From an uncultured Acidobacteriota bacterium (GTDB lineage: Bacteria; Acidobacteriota; Thermoanaerobaculia; UBA5066; DATFVB01), in contig CAWEYG010000002.1 in assembly GCA_963813155.1 (NCBI GenBank), positions 1 to 64,000 of the forward strand: DNA of 64,000 nt, written 5' to 3'. The position numbers and the translations under genes were made by a program. The notes beneath the pieces are model-generated. The model saw only the letters and a list, made by a program, of their open reading frames with translations. It made no database searches and was not told the origin of the DNA. Numbering within the stretch: position 1 is the stretch's first letter; each line of letters begins with the position of its first letter. This document shows positions 57,699 to 64,000 of this stretch, one piece after another.

Positions 57699-60548
57699 TA
57701 CCCCGGTGCGACCGTTCCCGCGCTGCCGGCCAGCACGATCTCGCCCGCGCGCTCGGCGAGATAGCGCCCGGTCACGCTGCGGGAGAACTTCGGCAGCTCC
57801 GACGGCGGCCCCTCGGCCACGATCTCTCCCCCGCGGTCTCCGCCGCCCGGACCGAGGTCGATGACCCAGTCCGAAGCCGCGATGAAGTCGAGGTGGTGCT
57901 CGATCGCGACGACCGAGTGTCCTCGCGAGATCAGTCGGCGGAGCGTGCGGAGCAGGACCTCGACGTCGCTCGAATGGAGGCCGGTCGTCGGCTCGTCGAA
58001 GAGGAACAGGCTCCCGCGCGGGGAGGTTCTCTCCTCGAGAAAGGACGCGAGCTTCAGGCGCTGAGCCTCGCCCCCCGAAAGCGTCGCCGTCGGCTGTCCC
58101 AGCGGCAGGTACGAAAGGCCCACTTCCGCGAGCGGCGAGAGGCGCCGGACGATCTTCGGAGCGTCGGCGAAGAACGAGAGCGCTTCCGCGACCGTCATCC
58201 GGAGAATGTCGTCCACGTTCTTTCCACGGTACCGCACGCCGAGGACCTTCGGGCTGAAGCGCCGGCCGTCGCAGCGGTCGCACGTCACGACCACGTCCGC
58301 CAGGAACTGCATGTCGATCGTGAGGACGCCCGTTCCCTGGCAGGCCTCGCAGCGGCCTCCGGACGTGTTGAAGGAGAAATCGCGCGCGCCGACGCGAAAC
58401 GCCCGGGCCCTCGCGGTCTTCGCGAGCAGCGCGCGAACTTCCTCGTAGGCTTTCGTGTACGTCACCGGGTTCGACCGCGCGGAACGGCCCAGGGGGCTCT
58501 GGTCGACGAACAGGAGATCTCCGACGTTCTCGAGCCCGCGGATCTCGTCGACCTGGCCGACGTCGACGTTGGCGACCCCTTTGACCTTCCTCTGAAAGAC
58601 GTTGAAAAAGCAGTCGCGCAGAAGCGTCGACTTTCCGGAGCCCGACACGCCGGTGACGCAGACCAGGCGGCCGAGCGGAATGCGTGCCGTGACGCCCCGC
58701 AGGTTGTGCTCGCGCGCGTTGACGATCGCGACCGCGGCCTCGGCGCCCCGGCGAAACGACACGACCTGTCCGCCGGAAATCGGTCCCCGCCGGCGGCGAA
58801 TCGCCGCCGCGGTCTTGTTGTGGGGGAGCCTTCGAATGGCGGCCGGCGTTCCGGCGAAGAGCAGCTCGCCCCCGCGCGCTCCTGCCTCGGGCCCGAGATC
58901 GATCACCCGATCGGCCGCGGCAATGACGTCCGGGTCGTGCTCCACGACGACGACCGTATTGCCGCGCTGAGCCAGCTTGCGAAGGATCGCGAGGAGGAGA
59001 CCCGTGTCCCGGGGATGAAGACCGATCGTCGGCTCATCGAGAACGTACAGCGTGCTCGTCAACGCCCCTCCGAGCGCGCAGGCGAGCCCGATCCTCTGCG
59101 CCTCTCCCCCGGAGAGTGTCCGCGCGGAGCGGGACAGAGTCAGGTAATCGAGACCGACGTCGTTCAGGTACCTCAGCCGCGACCGGATCTCGCCGAACAC
59201 CGACGAGAGGCGCGCCTGCTCGGCCGCGGAGAGCTCGACGCGATCGAACCAGGCGTTGAGCTCCCCGACCGGCATCTCGCTCAGCTCGGAGATCGTCTGG
59301 CCGCGAAAGACGACGTTGGCCGCGTCGGGAGCGAGGCGGCTTCCGCCGCACGCCGAGCAGCGCGTGTACGCGCGATAGCGCGAGAGAAGGACGCGCACGT
59401 GAACCTTGTACCGCTTCGTCTCGAGCCACTCGAAGAAACCCGCGATTCCGTAGAAGTCTTTCGTGCCCCTGTCCACGACGGCCCGCTCCGCGACGGTCAA
59501 CCGCGAATACGGCACGCTCTTTCGAACGCCGGCCTTGCGGCACGCCTTGAAGAGATCGTCGTACGCCGACTCGTACGCGGGGGTGTTCCAGGGAGCGATC
59601 GGCCGTTCCTCCAGCGTGAGGTCGCGGTTGGGCACGACCTTTTCCCAGTCGATCCCGATCACGCGCCCGAATCCCTGGCACGTCGCGCACGCCCCGAGCG
59701 GGGAGTTGAACGCAAAGGTGGCCGGCGTCGGCTCGCGGAACTCGCGGCCGCAGCGCGGGCAGAAAAGGCCGCGGCGGAAGATTCTCTCCTCGATCGCCCG
59801 ACTCGGAATGGATCAGCGCTCGCAGCTCGCCGGAGAGCCGGAACGCGGCCGCGACCGCCGTCTCCATCTCCGGCCGGGCCTCCGGCGAAACGGAAAAGCG
59901 CCCCACGAGCACCGGAAGGCGGCCGTCCGCGCCGAGGAGGGCCGAAAGCGCTTTCGGATCGGAAGGAATCTCGACAGGCGCGTTTTCCGAATCGAGCGCC
60001 CGAAAGAATCCCGCCCGCGACAGCTCCGCCAGGAATCCTTCCCGCCCCCGGTCGCCTTCGTCGGGAAGGGCAACGGGAGCGGCGAGAGTCACCCGCGTGC
60101 GGGAGGGAAGCATCGCGAGCGAGTCGAGCGCGAAGTCGACGCCCCCGCGGCGGGCCGGCGTGCCGTCGTCGGGACAGATCGTCTCGCCGCCGTGGGCGAA
60201 GAGCAGCCGCAACGAGTCGGCGATCTCGGTCTGCGTGCCGACGGTGGAGCGGGCGTTCGTGACGCCGTTTTTCTGTTCGAGCGCAATGGCGGGCGGAACC
60301 GGCTCGATCGAATCGACGTCCGGCCGGTCGAGCCTCTCCAGGAACTGGCGCGCGTACGTCGACATCGATTCCGCGTAGCGCCGCTGCCCCTCCGCGTACA
60401 GCGTGTCGAACGCGAGCGACGATTTGCCGGAGCCGGAGACGCCCGTGATCACCGTGAGCTTCCCCTGCGGGATGTCCACGGAGACGTTCTTCAGGTTGTG
60501 GGTCCGGGCCCCCACGATATGGATCGCGTTGGAACGTTTCTTTGCCAA
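57698..60548 (-). CDS. uvrA: Excinuclease ABC subunit A-like ATPase, frameshift near 59785
   Basis: GARTHNLKN, two GVSGSGKS, two LSGGEAQR and zinc-finger CxxC pairs. Confidence 0.88.
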
Positions 60549-60557
60549 ACCCCCATT

Positions 60558-63500
60558 CTACTCGTCCTCGTCCTTCTTTTCCTTCTCCTTGCCGAACTCC
60601 GGCAGGACTTCCTTGACCGGCGAGATCGCGCCCATTCCCTTCGCTTCCATCGTCTTGTTGAACTCCGGAACGCCCTCGTCGTAGAGCGACCGGAATTTTT
60701 TCTTCGTCTCGTCGAGCTGGCGGTCGAGCAGCTCGAACACGTCGCGCTCCGGCTGGGTCGGCCCGAGGTCGGCGTTTCCGGAGACGTCGGCCGCCCCCGT
60801 CGCGGCCTCGGAGTTGAGCCACACGAACTTCAGGTAGAGGCCGAGCGGCCCCCGGAACGACTTCTGGTCCTCCTCCGCGATCGTCGGCTGAAGCAGGACC
60901 GCCTCCACGTCCTCGGCCCTCTTGCGCAGGTCTGCGACCGCCGCGAGCAGCGAGTCGTCTCCCTTCGAAGCCGAGAGCCGCCTCTTCAGCTGTTCCAGCT
61001 GGACGCGCGTCCATTCGAGCTCTCCGATCATCTCCGCCGAAACGCTCGCGTCGAGGTAGATCGAATACGCGAGCCTCGAGGCCGCCGTGATGTCGGCGGG
61101 CGTGCCGGCCGAATTCGGGTCCTTCCGGACTTCGACGGTCGTCGTGGACTCGTGGTCACCCGCCTGGAGCTTCACCGTGTACGTGCCGGGAGGCACGAGC
61201 GGCCCCCTCGTCGCGTCTTCGATGCCGTAGTAGAGCACCGGCCGGCGATCCTTCCCGACGAAACGCTTCTCCTCCCAGACGTGGGGGTTCCCTTTCGGGG
61301 TCGCGCGGAGGCGGACTTCGCGGATCGAGTCGTAGCGCAGGTCCCAGACGACCCGGTTCATGCCGGCCTCGTTGCTCCCCCGCAGCGACCGCACCTTCGC
61401 GCCGGTGGAATCGAAGATCCGGATGGCCACGAGCGGAGGCTTCGCCGCCGTTTCGTCTTCCTCGGCCGCCTTCTTCTTCTTCGGTTTCGCGACTTCCTTC
61501 TTCAGCCAGTAGCTCAGGAGAGCTCCCTCGGGCGCATTCTTGCCTTCCGCCGTCCCGGTCGGAGCGTAGGCGGGCTGAGAGACCGAACGGAAGCGATACG
61601 CCGGGACCGGCGCGAACAGGTGATCCGCCGACTCGCGGACGCTCTCGCTCCATTCCTCGAGGGGCGTCACGTCGTCCAGGATGTAGAAGCCGCGCCCGTA
61701 GGTCCCGACGACGAGATCGTGGAAACGCGGCTCGACGGTCAGCCAGTAGACGGGGGTGTGCGGCAGCTTCGCCTGCAGGGGGCGCCAGCGGCCTCCGTCG
61801 TCGAACGAGACGTACAGGCCGTTCTCCGTCCCGGCGTACAGCATCCCGTTGCGGAACGGATCTTCGCGGACGACGTGGACGTAAGAGAACGCGCTCTTCG
61901 GAATCCCCCCGCCGATCGCCTTCCAGGTCTTGCCGTAGTCGGTCGTCTTGAAGATGAACGGATTGCGGTTGTCGACCTGGTGGAGGTCGACGGAGACGTA
62001 GCAGGTCCCCTTCTCGCGGCTCGAAGGCTCGACCGATTCGACCGTTCCCTTCGCCGGGAGGATCGCCTTTCCGGGCGTGACGTTCGACCAGTGCGCGCCG
62101 CCGTCCCGCGTCACCTGCACGAGGCCGTCGTTGGTGCCCGCCCAGATCTCGCCTTTCTCCAGGGGAGACTCGGCGATCGAGAACACGACGCCCGCGTACT
62201 CGACCGAGAGGTTGTCGATCGTCAGGCCCCCCGAGTCTCCCATCATCGACGGGTCGTTCAGCGTCAGGTCGGGGCTGATCTCTTTCCAGTGCTCGCCGCC
62301 GTCGGTCGTCTCGTGGACGTGCTGGCTCCCGACGTACACGGTGTTGTGGTCGTGCGGCGAGATCGCGATCGGGAACGTCCAGTTCATCCGGTACTTCACC
62401 TGGCCGGCGTTGGCGCCCATCGTGCGCTCCGGCCAGACGGAGACCGAACGCGACATCCGCGTGCGCGCGTCGTAGCGCTCGACGACGCCGGCGTAGCAGC
62501 CTCCCCAGACGATGTTCGGATCGACCGGGTCGGGCGTGTTCCAGCCGGTTTCGCACCCGGCCGTCGTCGTCCAGAGCGCCGGCAGGATCGTGTCGCCTCC
62601 CGGGTTGCGGCTGGGCCCGCGCATCGAGCCGCCGTCCTGCATCTGCCCGTAGACGTTGTACGGAATGCGCGTGTCCGTCGCGACGTGGTACATCTGCGCG
62701 ATCGGAAGGCGGATCCAGCTCCACTTCTTTCCGCGCGTCGTCGAGATCACGACGCCGATGTCGCTGCCGATCATCATGCGGCTCGGGTTCATCGGATCGG
62801 CCCACATGTCGTGGTTGTCGCCCGCCCAGTCCACCTGGTCGGTCGTTTCGCCGCCGTCGTACGTCGCGCCCATCGAATTCGAGGGGAAGTAGATCTCGTT
62901 CGCGTTGTCGGGCATGACGAGCATTCGCGAGTAGTAGTGCGGGCGCTCGTTCAGGAGCCGGCTGTGGCTCACGAGCTTCCACTTCTTTCCGCCGTTGTCG
63001 GATCGCCAGAGGGAGCCCTTGTCTCCTGTTTCGATCAGCGCGTAGACCCGGTCGCGGTCGCTCGGGGCGACGGCCACGGCGATCTTTCCGAGAGGCGATT
63101 CGGGGAGCCCGTCGTCCTCCGTCAGGCGCTTCCACTTCGCGCCTCCGTCGTGGGTGACCCAGACGCCGCTTCCGGGGCCGCCGCTCTTTCTCCCCCACGT
63201 CTTGATGTCGATCTGCCACGTGCCCGCGAAGAGCGTGCGCGAATCCGTCGGATCCATCGTCAGGTCGGAAGCGCCCGTGTTTTCGTCGACGAAGAGCACG
63301 CGCTCCCAGTTCTTCCCGCCGTCCCGGGTCCGGTAGACGCCCCGCTCCGGCTGCGGGCCGTAGCAGGTTCCGAGCGCGGCCGCGTAAACGACGTTCGGGT
63401 CGCTCGGGTCGATGATCATGCGGCCGATGCGGCCGGTCTTTTCGAGGCCCATGTGCTTCCACGTCCGCCCGGCGTCGGTCGACTTGTACACGCCGTCCCC

Positions 63501-63960
63501 GATCGAGACGTTGCTGCGGATGAACGTCTCGCCCGTGCCGACCCACACGATCGAGTGGTCGGACGGCGCGATCGCGATCGAGCCGATCGACTGCGCCGGC
63601 ATCTCGTCGAACACCGGCTTCCATTCCGTTCCGCCGTCGATCGACTTCCAGACTCCTCCGGATGCCGCGCCCGCGTAATAGACGTTCGGGTCGCCCGGGC
63701 ACGCCGACGACGGCCGAGACGCGGTTGCCGGGAGGGCCGATGAATCGGAACTTCAACCCGGCGAACGGGCCCTTCCCCTCTTCGCCTTCTTCCTCTCCGG
63801 GCGACGGGGCCTCCGGCTTCTTGACGTCGCCAACACCCGTCCGGGGCGTCGGCTTCTCCTTTTTCTGCGCCGGTTCGTCCGCGGCGATCGCGATCGAGCC
63901 GAGGGCCATCGCGCCGAGGAGAGCCGCTCCGAGCCAGAGGATTCCCGCATTCCGCTTCAT
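60558..63960 (-). CDS. Secreted VPS10/BNR (Asp-box) beta-propeller glycosyl hydrolase-like protein, frameshift near 63695
   Basis: AAGGAG RBS, signal peptide, FRFIGP..GNRV and many S.DGG.TW Asp-box repeats. Confidence 0.88.
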
Positions 63961-64000
63961 TCGATCTCCTTCATGATTGAAAAAAGGATTCTAGCGCGGA

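Overview
A GC-rich, gene-dense bacterial chromosome segment with about 52 CDS and two tRNAs (Leu-UAG, Lys-CUU). The gene set and protein styles suggest Acidobacteriota, possibly Thermoanaerobaculia; this is inference. Core genes include a fused Kgd/OdhA-type 2-oxoglutarate dehydrogenase, a divergent heme cluster (hemE-hemN-hemH-hemG / ccsA-like-hemA-hemC), tnaA, thiS, plsC, mlaEFD, nucleotide-sugar enzymes and a uvrA paralog. There are many secreted peptidases (S8, M64, M20, S9, M16, two DUF885) and two toxin-antitoxin modules. At least seven genes carry isolated frameshifts, most likely long-read indel errors. The main unexplained signals are: (1) a DedA-rhodanese fusion with an in-frame UGA in a CxU motif followed by a SECIS-like hairpin (putative selenoprotein); (2) a DUF559 nuclease embedded in CCCTCTCCC/GGGTGAGGG palindromic repeats, one of which sits in-frame inside kgd; (3) two diverged, covarying structured repeats flanking an FHA-RDD gene; (4) a 3.2-kb islet at tRNA-Lys bounded by an att-like repeat; (5) a -10 box 6-9 nt before many start codons, implying leaderless mRNAs; (6) two small zinc-ribbon proteins. 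No CRISPR array, rRNA, integrase or transposase was found.
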